DNA of 26,985 nt. Origin: Limisphaerales bacterium. Lineage in GTDB: Bacteria > Verrucomicrobiota > Verrucomicrobiia > Limisphaerales > JAJOIW01. The position numbers and the translations under genes were made by a program. Below, one piece after another: positions 1 to 9,557 of this stretch. Every line of letters starts with the position of its first letter. The first letter of the stretch is position 1. The stretch spans positions 264,053-291,037 of the forward strand of contig CBFHOE010000005.1 of NCBI GenBank assembly GCA_965657355.1. The letters run 5' to 3'. Under the pieces are notes generated by a model. The model did not search any database. It was not told the DNA's origin and saw nothing but the letters and a program-made list of their open reading frames with translations.

Positions 1-1
1 A

Positions 2-1555
2 AATCCGCCTTCGGATAATGAGTCAGCTGCATTTTATTGGGAAAAGGTTGAAGGTATGAGGTGCCGCATAGCAAAGGGCGCTGTAGTCACTGGACCTTCC
101 AAAACCGTGGGTGGAGGCGCAGAAAATTATGTTTGGGTCATCCATCCAAATCATAAGGTGGCACTCCGCGATAATTATTTAACTCAAAGAGCCTTTAGAG
201 ATGCCCATCCATTGGACGATAACCCAGGTAAATTTTTCGACAATGAAAATGGTTATCGGATTCTGCTAAGCAGTAAAAGTCTACTTTCAGCGAAGAATGA
301 ATATATTAATCCAGCAAGCTCCCTGGACACGCTTGAAAATGACGTATTTGGAGCTGTTGACTACTCGTATGGAAATTATAAAGTAGTCGTCAGCGAAAAC
401 CCTGAATGGGTTAAGCCTTCCATTGGAGTTGGATTTAACGATGCTCCAAAAAATCCAAACACCTGGTCTGTCGCAACCTATAATGTTGAAAACTTTTATG
501 ATTATCGCAACGACTCTTCCGACCCGTGCGATTTCTTAGGAGATCGTGGGAACAAATGGATTAGGCCCCCATTTAATTATGTTCCGAAATCAAATCCAGA
601 ATATTCAAAAAAAGTGAAGTCGATCACTTTAGATATTACCGAAAAATTAAGTCTTCCAGATGTTGTTATGATGCAAGAGATTGAGGATCAAGACATGGAT
701 TTTGTTTCACTGGGCGGAATAAAGCATGTAAATGGCGATGGACAACCTGACATTTTGCAAGACCTCCAAGAGTCTATATTGCGAAGCTCTGGAGTATCAT
801 ATATTTCCGGGTCAATTCGAGAAGGGGCGGATTATAGAGGAATCACCTGTGGCTTCTTGGTAAGATCTGATAGATGGGCATGGCACTATGGACCGGAAAT
901 TTCTTCATTGTTTGAGAAAATGGATTCTTCTCTGCCATACAGTGCGAGAGTCTCTGGTGTCAATTTGAGCAACACTTCAGGTCCAAGTATTGTTGCCATT
1001 AATGGGCATTACCAAAACCAAAAATCTGGCGATAAGCTGCCCATTTACAGCCGAGCTCTGCAGATTGGTGTATTAGAGCCTAAATTAAAAAAACCAAATC
1101 AAGTCCCAAGGCTTTATGTATTAAACAATCATTTTTCAAGCATACCAAATCAACGGATCGAGAGAAGAACATACCAAGCTAATTTGCTAGCCGCTGTTGC
1201 ACGTTTTATTGAGAAAAGTGATCCGTCTGCGGGAATCATTATGGGTGGAGATTTGAATGTTTTTCCGGAGCCTGATGACGGGACGCCAGAGAAGCCTTCA
1301 AAACAGCTAAGAGGTTTGTATGAATTAAATTGGCAAACAGCGAACAAGGTCATTTTGAAAAACCAACCTGAACTGGCATACACATACATCTACCAAGGCC
1401 AGGCTCAAACTTTGGACCATTTATTCTTATCCCCGTCTCTCGAAAATCATTTAAACTCTGCAAGAATTATTCACATAAATTCAGACTATCCAGACCACCC
1501 AGCCACCTACCGATCTAGCGATCACGATCCAGTGATTGTTTATTTTAATAACTAA
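2..1555 (+). CDS. Endonuclease/exonuclease/phosphatase (EEP) family protein, ExeM/NucH-like extracellular nuclease; 5'-truncated by window edge
   Basis: The frame is open from base 2 (NPPSDNESAAFYWEKVEGM...), so the ATG at 56 is internal. EEP motifs: YNVENF, QEIE, GDLN, YTYIYQGQAQTLDH and C-terminal SSDHDPV. The 'WEKVEGM' and 'GAVDYSYGNYKV' segments resemble the OB-fold region of ExeM/YhcR-type nucleases. Confidence 0.85.
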   Translation, partial: NPPSDNESAAFYWEKVEGMRCRIAKGAVVTGPSKTVGGGAENYVWVIHPNHKVALRDNYLTQRAFRDAHPLDDNPGKFFDNENGYRILLSSKSLLSAKNEYINPASSLDTLENDVFGAVDYSYGNYKVVVSENPEWVKPSIGVGFNDAPKNPNTWSVATYNVENFYDYRNDSSDPCDFLGDRGNKWIRPPFNYVPKSNPEYSKKVKSITLDITEKLSLPDVVMMQEIEDQDMDFVSLGGIKHVNGDGQPDILQDLQESILRSSGVSYISGSIREGADYRGITCGFLVRSDRWAWHYGPEISSLFEKMDSSLPYSARVSGVNLSNTSGPSIVAINGHYQNQKSGDKLPIYSRALQIGVLEPKLKKPNQVPRLYVLNNHFSSIPNQRIERRTYQANLLAAVARFIEKSDPSAGIIMGGDLNVFPEPDDGTPEKPSKQLRGLYELNWQTANKVILKNQPELAYTYIYQGQAQTLDHLFLSPSLENHLNSARIIHINSDYPDHPATYRSSDHDPVIVYFNN

Positions 1556-1556
1556 A

Positions 1557-2474
1557 TCAAAAAGTGAATAATGCGGGCGCTTGCTCGTTGAGTTCTTTGA
1601 TTAAATCATCTACGCCATATGCCATTAAGAGAAACGATGTGGCATTGAAAAAACCATGAGCCATCGTGGCTTCCCATATGGACTTATGCCAAATTTGCAA
1701 AAAACCTAATCCCACTCCAAGAACAGAGGTGAGCAACACTCCCATTATACCTTGGGGTAAATGCCCAATTCCGAAAATAAGAGCAACGATGACAACCATA
1801 AAAGCTTTGCCTTTTTTATTATTTATTTGTTCGGGGAATACCTTTTGTAATAGATAAAAAGAAACTCCTCTCCATAGTTCTTCACGCAAACCAGCCACGA
1901 TAAAACTAACTAATGATAAATTGAGAAAGAGGTAGAATGGATCATTAGATAGAGCTTCACGACTAATGAGTGTTTCCACTTTAGGAACTAATTCAGATAT
2001 TTGATCTTCATTAACCTCACCGATAAGCGAGTATATAAAAAATCCGGGAAGAAGAATTAACAAAGGTAAAAATCTCAAGACAATAGACCACCCGATTCCT
2101 TTGGGGATACTGAGAAAAAATTTGCTTAAAAATTGTGTAGATGTTCGGTTATCAGCCCAGTCAAGCCCTACCCCGCGCATACTGAACTTTGAGATGGACC
2201 AACAAATGGCAAGTAGAATTAGAAATACAATCATACCAAAGAAAACACTGCTAAGGAGCTGATCACTACTATTTCCCAATGCAGGGCCTACCATTTGGCT
2301 GTCTTCGTTATTTGAGGAGCCAATTTCATTTAAAACGGCCATCCAAAGCGGATAGAGCCCAAATAAAAAAAGGGCCAATGCGAAGCGCCATCTTGATATA
2401 AGCTGTTGCGTAGGCAATGGAGGAGGAACCGGCCCGTTGGGTATTTGCGGGGATTCGGATGGATCTTCTGTCAT
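1557..2474 (-). CDS. CPBP family intramembrane glutamic endopeptidase (CAAX protease/Abi)
   Basis: Multiple hydrophobic helices; motifs EELWRG, FGIGH and HGFFN. Confidence 0.9.
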   Translation of the reverse strand: MTEDPSESPQIPNGPVPPPLPTQQLISRWRFALALFLFGLYPLWMAVLNEIGSSNNEDSQMVGPALGNSSDQLLSSVFFGMIVFLILLAICWSISKFSMRGVGLDWADNRTSTQFLSKFFLSIPKGIGWSIVLRFLPLLILLPGFFIYSLIGEVNEDQISELVPKVETLISREALSNDPFYLFLNLSLVSFIVAGLREELWRGVSFYLLQKVFPEQINNKKGKAFMVVIVALIFGIGHLPQGIMGVLLTSVLGVGLGFLQIWHKSIWEATMAHGFFNATSFLLMAYGVDDLIKELNEQAPALFTF

Positions 2475-2553
2475 CAGATTTCTGGCAAGTTGGATTCTTA
2501 ATCAACAAGAAACTACCCAGACTCACAAGTTTTTTCCATGTAAACAACCATGC

Positions 2554-2581
2554 TTGACAAGTTCCACACTAACAGGAGAAT
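2554..2581 (+). promoter_or_regulatory. Possible sigma70 promoter for the cytochrome c gene
   Basis: TTGACA (2554-2559), 16-nt spacer, GAGAAT (2576-2581), about 35 nt upstream of the ATG at 2617. Confidence 0.4.
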
Positions 2582-2616
2582 GGCACCCTCAAAATTTCTC
2601 ATTGAAAATCACGCAT

Positions 2617-3030
2617 ATGAAAAAAAAGGTACTGGCATTTTTCTCGGTTGTGGCACTTCTCGCATCATCTACGGTCATCACTCAAGCAGATCACCATAAA
2701 AAGGGCGAAAAGAAGGGACTAGATCATGAAACGATGGAAAAAATAATGAAAGTCGGCTTCAAAGGGGATAAAAATAAAGGAGCCGATAGTTTGACAAAAA
2801 AAGTCGTGACAGGGAAAGCCTCCAAAGAGGAATCAAAGCTCTTACTAAAATGGCTCTTAGCTTTGGAATCTCACAAGGTTGAGAAAGGAGACCAAAAAGA
2901 ATTTAATAAAAAGACTGACGCTTTAGTCGTCGCTATGGCTGGCGTCATCGCCGGTAAAGACGGATCCGTCGATGCCCTCAAAAAAGCTTCAAATTGCAAA
3001 GCTTGTCACAAGGCACACAAGCCTGATTGA
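2617..3030 (+). CDS. Secreted monoheme cytochrome c, class II (cytochrome c'/b562-like helical bundle)
   Basis: Signal peptide MKKKVLAFFSVVALLASSTVITQA from the ATG at 2617; the ORF-track start at 2437 overlaps the divergent gene. Lys-rich helical body with C-terminal CKACHKAH heme motif. Confidence 0.8.
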   Translation: MKKKVLAFFSVVALLASSTVITQADHHKKGEKKGLDHETMEKIMKVGFKGDKNKGADSLTKKVVTGKASKEESKLLLKWLLALESHKVEKGDQKEFNKKTDALVVAMAGVIAGKDGSVDALKKASNCKACHKAHKPD

Positions 3031-3058
3031 GTCACAAAATTTAATATCTTTTTAAAAG

Positions 3059-3091
3059 AAGCCCGGGAAATAACCATTTCCGGGCTTTTTT
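3059..3091 (+). terminator. Intrinsic terminator after the cytochrome c gene
   Basis: AAGCCCGGGAAAT-AACC-ATTTCCGGGCTT hairpin (one bulge) running into a T tract. Confidence 0.8.
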
Positions 3092-3120
3092 ATTGCCAAA
3101 TAAAACGGAGAACAAAAAAC

Positions 3121-3148
3121 TTTACATATCAACATATCTTGATATGAT
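3121..3148 (+). promoter_or_regulatory. metH promoter with overlapping palindromic operator (SahR-like)
   Basis: TTTACA (3121-3126), 16-nt spacer, TATGAT (3143-3148) with an extended -10 TG. Perfect inverted repeat CATATCAA-N6-TTGATATG at 3125-3146. Confidence 0.7.
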
Positions 3149-3172
3149 GATATGTACGTATTTTTATTTAAA

Positions 3173-6100
3173 ATGACTCTAGCAAAAAAGAAGCAAGAAT
3201 CGGCAATCGGCAGTCGTTTTCGAGAATTATTGAACGAAAGGATCATGTTTTTGGATGGAGCAATGGGGACCATGATCCAACAGGTTAAGCTTGGCGAAGA
3301 GGATTTTAGAGGGAGCGTTGTAAAGAATCCCAACAAAGATGTTAAAGGGAACAATGAGTTACTGAGTCTGACGAGGCCGGACGTTATTGAGGAAATTCAC
3401 TGGTCATTTTTGGAGGCAGGATCAGACATAATCGAAACAAATACATTCTCAGCGACGACGACAGCGCAAGCTGATTACAATCTTGAGTCAATAGTCACCG
3501 ATCTGAATTTAGAGTCAGCAAAATTAGCTCGTCGGACTGCGGACAAATTCATGGCTGAAAACCCGAATCGCGAATGTTTTGTGGCTGGGGCGATTGGGCC
3601 TACAAATAGGACTTTGAGCCTATCTCCAAAGACTGAGGATCCAGCATACCGAGCAACAACTTTCGATGCTTTAGTAGATGCTTACTACCAGCAGATTGAA
3701 AGCCTTGTGAAGGGAGGTGTGGATATTCTGCTTCCTGAAACTACTTTTGACACATTAAATTTAAAAGCAGCTATTTTTGCGATAGACAGTTTTTTTGATT
3801 CCGCTGATGAAATCCTTCCCGTCATGCTTTCCATAACTATAACGGATAGGGCTGGGCGCACGCTATCAGGACAAACTCCCGAGGCTTGCTGGCACTCCAT
3901 AAAACATGTCAACCCAGTTTCAATAGGTGTGAACTGCGCTTTAGGTGCCAATGAAATGCGCCCCCATATACAAGCCCTTTCAAGAGTATCGGACTGTCAT
4001 ATTAGTTGTTATCCGAATGCAGGGCTCCCAAACCCTCTCGCTGCCACGGGTTATGATGAAACGCCTGAAGACACTTCCTCTCAGCTTCTTTCGTTTGCAA
4101 ATGATGGCTTAATAAACATTGTCGGAGGTTGCTGCGGAACGACTCCTGCCCACATCAAGGCGATCGTTGAAAAACTAAGCCCTATCGCGCCGAGGAATAC
4201 ACAATCGAAAGAATTACCACAATATGAATTTGCGAGTGCGGGTTTGGAGCCAGTCACGCTACCATACAAAGATGCTCCATTTATGATGGTCGGAGAAAGA
4301 ACGAATGTCACAGGATCGCCGAGGTTCAGGAAACTAATTAAAGAAGAAAAATTCGAAGAGGCACTCGCTGTAGCCCGCCAACAGGTCGAGAACGGAGCTC
4401 AGATTATTGATATTAATTTTGATGAAGGACTTCTGGATTCAGAAAAATGCATGGAGCATTTTCTTAATCTAGTTGCATCTGAACCGGCCATTTCCAAAGT
4501 CCCAATAATGATAGACAGTTCCAAGTGGTCCGTTATTGAAGCAGGGCTCAAATGTGCTCAAGGCAAATGTGTTGTTAACTCGATAAGTCTAAAAGAGGGG
4601 GAATCAAAATTTATTGAACAAGCACGTTTATGCATGAAATACGGTGCAGCTGTTATAGTAATGGCATTCGATGAAAAGGGACAAGCAGCTACGAAAGAGG
4701 AAAAAGTCAAAATTGCTCGAAGGGCTTATGATATCCTCACAGCATCTGTTGGGATGAGACCGGAAGATATTATTTTCGATCTCAATATATTAACCGTTGC
4801 GACAGGCATGGCCGAGCACGACAACTATGCAGTAGATTTTATCGAGGCAGTGCGCGAAGTGAAAGTGCTATGCCCTGGAGCGCGAACATCAGGGGGAGTT
4901 TCTAATATTTCTTTTAGCTTTAGAGGGAAAAATGCCGTAAGAGAAGCAATGCATGCGGCATTTCTATACCATGCAGTAAAAGCCGGCCTAGATATGGGAA
5001 TCGTAAACGCTGGGATGTTAGAAGTTTACGAGGAAATCCCAGAGGAATTAAAAAATAAAGTGGAGGATGTTTTACTCAATAGGACACCTGAAGCAACAGA
5101 TAATCTTATTGAATTTGCAGAGACCCTAGATCACTCAAAAAAGAAAGAATCTCAAGCCAAGAATCTTGAATGGAGATCTTTACCTGTTGAAAAACGACTG
5201 GAGCATTCGCTCGTGAAAGGGATCACCGAATACGTTATAGATGACACTGAAGAAGCAAGATTAAGTTTCAATCGCCCACTTGAAGTTATAGAAGGGCCTC
5301 TCATGGATGGGATGAAAGTTGTTGGTGGTCTATTCGGAGAGGGAAAGATGTTCCTCCCACAAGTAGTCAAAAGTGCCAGGGTGATGAAAAAAGCAGTGGC
5401 GCATTTGGTTCCGTTTATGGAAGAGGAATCCGAGGAAAAATCAAAGAAAAATGCAGGCACTTTTCTTATCGCCACTGTAAAGGGGGATGTTCATGATATT
5501 GGTAAAAATATTGTAGGTGTCGTACTGGGATGTAACGACTATGAAGTCATCGACCTTGGTGTGATGGTAGATTGTGAAACCATTCTTCGCAAAGCTGAGG
5601 AAGTCGATGCCGATTTTATTGGATTGAGTGGTTTAATCACGCCAAGCTTAGATGAAATGATTTTTAATGCCTCTGAGATGCAGAAACGAGGACTTAAAAT
5701 TCCGCTTCTTGTAGGCGGAGCAACAACAAGCAGAGCACATACCGCAATTAAAATAAACCACGTTTATGATGGACCTGTCATTCATGTGGCAGACGCCTCG
5801 TTAGTTTCCGAAGTTTGTGGAAAGCTCATGAGCAATGATTCCAAGGCGGAATACACAAAATCTCTCAACGATCGCTATGAAGAGATCAAGCGGAAGTTTG
5901 AAAGCGGTGAATCTAAACCAAATCCTCCGGTTGATTTTGAGAAGGCCAATTTGGAAAAGGTGGCCACAGACTGGGATAAAGCCGTCATATCCGAACCTGA
6001 AAAGACGGGTTTACAGTCGATTTCTCCAATTCCTCTGGAGATGATTTCAAAATACATTGACTGGTCCCCATTCTTTTGGACGTGGGAATTAAAAGGGGTA

Positions 6101-6925
6101 TATCCATATATTTTTGAAAGTGAAAAATACGGACAACAAGCTCAGGAGCTTTTCGATGATGCTCAAAAGTTCTTGGATGATATCATAAAGAATGAAAGAT
6201 TCGTCTGCCGTGCCGCATTTGGTCTTTGGCCTGCGCAAAGTTCCGGAAATGATGTCATCGTTTATGATCCTGAAGATTGCAAATCAGAAACCGCACGTTT
6301 TCATTTTCTCCGACAGCAAACTAGATTGAAGGACACGCAGCCGTATAGGAGCTTATCTGACTATATTGCTCCTGTGGAGAGCGGTAAAATCGACCATCTT
6401 GGTGGGTTTGTGGTCACTGCAGGGCATGAAGTTGAAGAATACGCCCAATCCTTCAAGGACAAAGGCGATGATTATTCAGCAATAATGATTCAGGCTCTTG
6501 GTGATCGGTTTGCAGAAGCCTGCGCGGAATATATCCATAAAATAGTAAGAGATCATTGGATGTTTGGTCCAAAGGAAGGATTCAATTCTGCGGAGGCTCC
6601 AGATCGTGCTCAACTAGATTTTCTGATCGAGGAGAAATATAGAAGTATTCGACCAGCAATAGGATACCCTTCTTGCCCAGATCACACGGAGAAGCGTATC
6701 CTTTGGAAACTTTTAAATGCTGAAAACATCACTGGTGCTTGCCTTACTGAGAATTGTGCTATGAACCCACCCAGCACTGTCTCAGGCTTATACTTCGGAC
6801 ATCCGAACGCCAAGTATTTCAAAGTTGGTAAAATTGGGGAGGATCAACTTACTGAATATGCAACCCGCAAAGGGATCTCAATTGAAGAGGCATCTCGCTG
6901 GCTGACACCGTATTTGTGGGAATAA
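3173..6925 (+). CDS. metH: Cobalamin-dependent methionine synthase
   Basis: [24 protein letters not shown] (Zn ligands), GERTNVTGS pterin domain, [24 protein letters not shown]12 motif, and [12 protein letters not shown] activation domain. Start 3173 is preferred over 3152 because 3152 lies at or upstream of the likely transcription start. Confidence 0.97.
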   Translation: MTLAKKKQESAIGSRFRELLNERIMFLDGAMGTMIQQVKLGEEDFRGSVVKNPNKDVKGNNELLSLTRPDVIEEIHWSFLEAGSDIIETNTFSATTTAQADYNLESIVTDLNLESAKLARRTADKFMAENPNRECFVAGAIGPTNRTLSLSPKTEDPAYRATTFDALVDAYYQQIESLVKGGVDILLPETTFDTLNLKAAIFAIDSFFDSADEILPVMLSITITDRAGRTLSGQTPEACWHSIKHVNPVSIGVNCALGANEMRPHIQALSRVSDCHISCYPNAGLPNPLAATGYDETPEDTSSQLLSFANDGLINIVGGCCGTTPAHIKAIVEKLSPIAPRNTQSKELPQYEFASAGLEPVTLPYKDAPFMMVGERTNVTGSPRFRKLIKEEKFEEALAVARQQVENGAQIIDINFDEGLLDSEKCMEHFLNLVASEPAISKVPIMIDSSKWSVIEAGLKCAQGKCVVNSISLKEGESKFIEQARLCMKYGAAVIVMAFDEKGQAATKEEKVKIARRAYDILTASVGMRPEDIIFDLNILTVATGMAEHDNYAVDFIEAVREVKVLCPGARTSGGVSNISFSFRGKNAVREAMHAAFLYHAVKAGLDMGIVNAGMLEVYEEIPEELKNKVEDVLLNRTPEATDNLIEFAETLDHSKKKESQAKNLEWRSLPVEKRLEHSLVKGITEYVIDDTEEARLSFNRPLEVIEGPLMDGMKVVGGLFGEGKMFLPQVVKSARVMKKAVAHLVPFMEEESEEKSKKNAGTFLIATVKGDVHDIGKNIVGVVLGCNDYEVIDLGVMVDCETILRKAEEVDADFIGLSGLITPSLDEMIFNASEMQKRGLKIPLLVGGATTSRAHTAIKINHVYDGPVIHVADASLVSEVCGKLMSNDSKAEYTKSLNDRYEEIKRKFESGESKPNPPVDFEKANLEKVATDWDKAVISEPEKTGLQSISPIPLEMISKYIDWSPFFWTWELKGVYPYIFESEKYGQQAQELFDDAQKFLDDIIKNERFVCRAAFGLWPAQSSGNDVIVYDPEDCKSETARFHFLRQQTRLKDTQPYRSLSDYIAPVESGKIDHLGGFVVTAGHEVEEYAQSFKDKGDDYSAIMIQALGDRFAEACAEYIHKIVRDHWMFGPKEGFNSAEAPDRAQLDFLIEEKYRSIRPAIGYPSCPDHTEKRILWKLLNAENITGACLTENCAMNPPSTVSGLYFGHPNAKYFKVGKIGEDQLTEYATRKGISIEEASRWLTPYLWE

Positions 6926-6984
6926 GTTCACGAGATGATATCTTTTTATGGCAAAACAGGCATCCAATTGGTAAATCTCTCAAC

Positions 6985-7461
6985 ATGAGCGAAATCTGGG
7001 CGCAGGAGGATTGGGTTAAACAAAGTAAGAGGATCATCCAGAGCTATAAAAACTGGGTAGGCAATGACTTGGTGAATAATTTATCCGGTAATGACTTGGA
7101 GCAAGCAAAGCAACTTTTCTTTGCTGATAAGGTTGTTGTTTCACACGATACTTCAGAAGACCCTCTGATTAATTACGGGAACGAAAAAACTTTAAACCTT
7201 TGGGAGGCAAAAGCAGATGATCTTATTGGGATGCCGTCGCGTAAAACAGCGGAACCCATGCACCGCGATGAACGTGCCAAAATGCTGGAGCAGACCTCCA
7301 AAACTGGATTTTTCCAAGATTATAAAGGTGTCAGAATTACCTCGAAAGGCAGAAGGTTTTTCATACATAAAGCCACAATTTGGAATTTGCTGGATGAGGA
7401 TGGTTTACCAGCTGGACAAGCCGCTACTTTTAGTGATTGGACTTTCCTAAACAATCAATAA
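6985..7461 (+). CDS. MEKHLA domain (PAS-like) protein
   Basis: VVSH..DPLINYGN..L.LWE, MPSRKTAEP..R.ER, YKGVRITSKGRRFFI..ATIWNLLD..GQAATF..W are typical of stand-alone bacterial MEKHLA proteins. The likely start is the ATG at 6985. Confidence 0.88.
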   Translation: MSEIWAQEDWVKQSKRIIQSYKNWVGNDLVNNLSGNDLEQAKQLFFADKVVVSHDTSEDPLINYGNEKTLNLWEAKADDLIGMPSRKTAEPMHRDERAKMLEQTSKTGFFQDYKGVRITSKGRRFFIHKATIWNLLDEDGLPAGQAATFSDWTFLNNQ

Positions 7462-7714
7462 CTATGAGTCGGAAGGTTTCTTCAATATTTCCAGGCTCAG
7501 TAAGCTCCTTGAAAGTGAACTGCTTTCTCGATGACTGTAAATGTTCGGAAACCCTGTGTAACCAACCATATTTCAATAGCTTCATTAATGATTCCTTACT
7601 TTATGAATGGATCTTCCCTGCTCATTTTTCGTTCAAACGAGGGTTCGAAACACCAACGGGGACTTTATAGACAAACTGGATCAAGATTATAAAACTCCAG
7701 CATTTTGTCCGCGG

Positions 7715-7978
7715 CTAATCTTTGTACCAGACGCGAATAAATTGATACCAATATGTTGAGTAATCGCCAGAGGCTCGCAGTTGGGTATCAGAGGATCCTT
7801 CTTCCTGGTGTATGTTGGGAAGAGCAACGGTCTCGATATTGATAACGTCAATTTTTTCCTGGGATACCCAACTATTGACTCTATCGAGAGGTTCTGACAA
7901 CTGCTCAACAGTCGCGCTTTTGAAAAACCCTCCCCCATCTTTAATCTCGGGCACAAAATCTTTAAATCTTAATGACAT
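7715..7978 (-). CDS. Small hypothetical protein (87 aa)
   Basis: ATG start and protein-like composition (FKDFVPE...VNSWV...VINIETV...WYQFIRVWY). It is the most plausible of the overlapping ORFs here. Confidence 0.7.
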   Translation of the reverse strand: MSLRFKDFVPEIKDGGGFFKSATVEQLSEPLDRVNSWVSQEKIDVINIETVALPNIHQEEGSSDTQLRASGDYSTYWYQFIRVWYKD

Positions 7979-8320
7979 AAATAAAAAACCTATAGTCTAT
8001 ACGTTGTCATTATTAACCACCGACTTCTATTTTTCATGCAAATAATTCTTAGCTGAAAGTAATGTGATCCACACCCTGGCAAAGTGTATTTCAAAGCCTG
8101 GACAATATCTTCTTGATATATGATAGAAGCTAAAAAATAAGGCTATACATAAATAAAATTCACCCTATTTGTTTTGCTCACTTTCGGCAGCAACAAAAAC
8201 AAACACTTAAAAAATTTTAACACGATCTTTTCTTTTTTTTAGCATTTGCCAAAAGAATGGATTTATCTCGTATTTTCAGGACTGATTGAAAATCTTATTG
8301 GGAATATTTTTTTAGATTTC

Positions 8321-9502
8321 TTATTCAGGAACAGGTGTATTAAGCCTAACAGTCACCGTCTCGGGTAATATCTGCTGCAATACCATCTCATCAGGAACGC
8401 TAACCATATTAGGCTGGATACTGATCACCTGATCACCGCGATGCATCTCTGGAGTCAGAGTGATCCCCATTTCATACATCGATGGTTGGAAAAGAAAATC
8501 TGAACGAGTTCCTTCAAAGGTAACTTTTAAGGTGCCCGGCTTAATCGACTCAACGACCCAGTTGCCCGATACAGCCATATCAACTTTCAAATCGATGGTA
8601 TGAGTAATTGTCTGCGGCATATAAACTAACCAAACCCACAAAAATATTGAGAATATAATCGAAATAAGTTTTTCTTTCCAATGGTAGGTGAAGAGGGAGA
8701 CGAACAGAGGCCCTCGCGATTTGGAAGGCTGTGTTTCGCGATAAAATCTCTCCAAGATAAAGCTCAACCGACTGGGATCCTGCACTACTTCTATTTCATT
8801 GTGACGAGCTATAGAGATAGTTCCTCTCTCCTCAGAGACGACGATGCACATGGCATCACATCGTTCGGCAAGTCCTAAAGCAGCAGCGTGACGGGTTCCA
8901 CTTTTTTTTATTTTTGATAAATTTTTAGAAAGTGGGAGGTGACATGAGAACTCAGCGAGCCGGTCGCCTTCAATCACGGCAGCTCCATCATGTCCAATAG
9001 AGTGCGGGTCAAATAAGCTCATTAGCAGTTGCTCACTGAGAAGACCTTGTAAATCATTACCTCCATCCAAATGTCTCCCTATGAGGTCTCTTCCTTTGAG
9101 AACGATGAGGGCACCTATTCTTTTACGTGCCATATCCTGTACGGAGCGAGCGATAATTTCGACTTCTTCTCTGTTTGGGCGCAACTTTTTATTTTGTCGA
9201 AATCTGGAATCAAAACTCCAAACGGCGATACGCTCGAAAAACCCTCTCAACTCCTCTTGGAAAATGACAACTAAAGCAATAAGGATAACGGCAAAAAACT
9301 TCTCAAATACAGCCTTAGTCAATACCAGATCAAGTTGGCGAACAACAGCATACAGACCAACAGCTATAACAATTCCGGTGAATATAAATGCAGCCCTGGT
9401 ACTTCGAAACCAGGTTAGAATGGAGTATACTATGACCGTCATCATTAAGATGTCGGCATATTCTTTGAGACCAATTGACTGAAACCAGAAATCAAGCTGC
9501 AC
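8321..9502 (-). CDS. Membrane diadenylate cyclase (DisA_N/DAC, CdaA-like) fused to a CdaR/YbbR-like C-terminus
   Basis: Three N-terminal hydrophobic segments ending in IALVVIFQEELR, then IGALIVL, HDGAAVI, CHLPLS, GTRHAAALGLAE and VVSEERGTIS. These are followed by KEKLISIIFSIFLWVWLV and a beta-rich YbbR-like tail. GTG start. Confidence 0.9.
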   Translation of the reverse strand: MQLDFWFQSIGLKEYADILMMTVIVYSILTWFRSTRAAFIFTGIVIAVGLYAVVRQLDLVLTKAVFEKFFAVILIALVVIFQEELRGFFERIAVWSFDSRFRQNKKLRPNREEVEIIARSVQDMARKRIGALIVLKGRDLIGRHLDGGNDLQGLLSEQLLMSLFDPHSIGHDGAAVIEGDRLAEFSCHLPLSKNLSKIKKSGTRHAAALGLAERCDAMCIVVSEERGTISIARHNEIEVVQDPSRLSFILERFYRETQPSKSRGPLFVSLFTYHWKEKLISIIFSIFLWVWLVYMPQTITHTIDLKVDMAVSGNWVVESIKPGTLKVTFEGTRSDFLFQPSMYEMGITLTPEMHRGDQVISIQPNMVSVPDEMVLQQILPETVTVRLNTPVPE

Positions 9503-9557
9503 TTGTAATCTCTATTATACCTTTAAACTCAAAACAAAAAATGAAGAACCGAATTTA

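Noticed and set aside
7437..7670. 77-aa ORF after MEKHLA
   Set aside because: It overlaps the previous gene and has no recognisable features.
8100..8122. Second SahR-like site (CTTGATATA)
   Set aside because: Only one half-site is present; there is no matching left arm and no methionine gene nearby.
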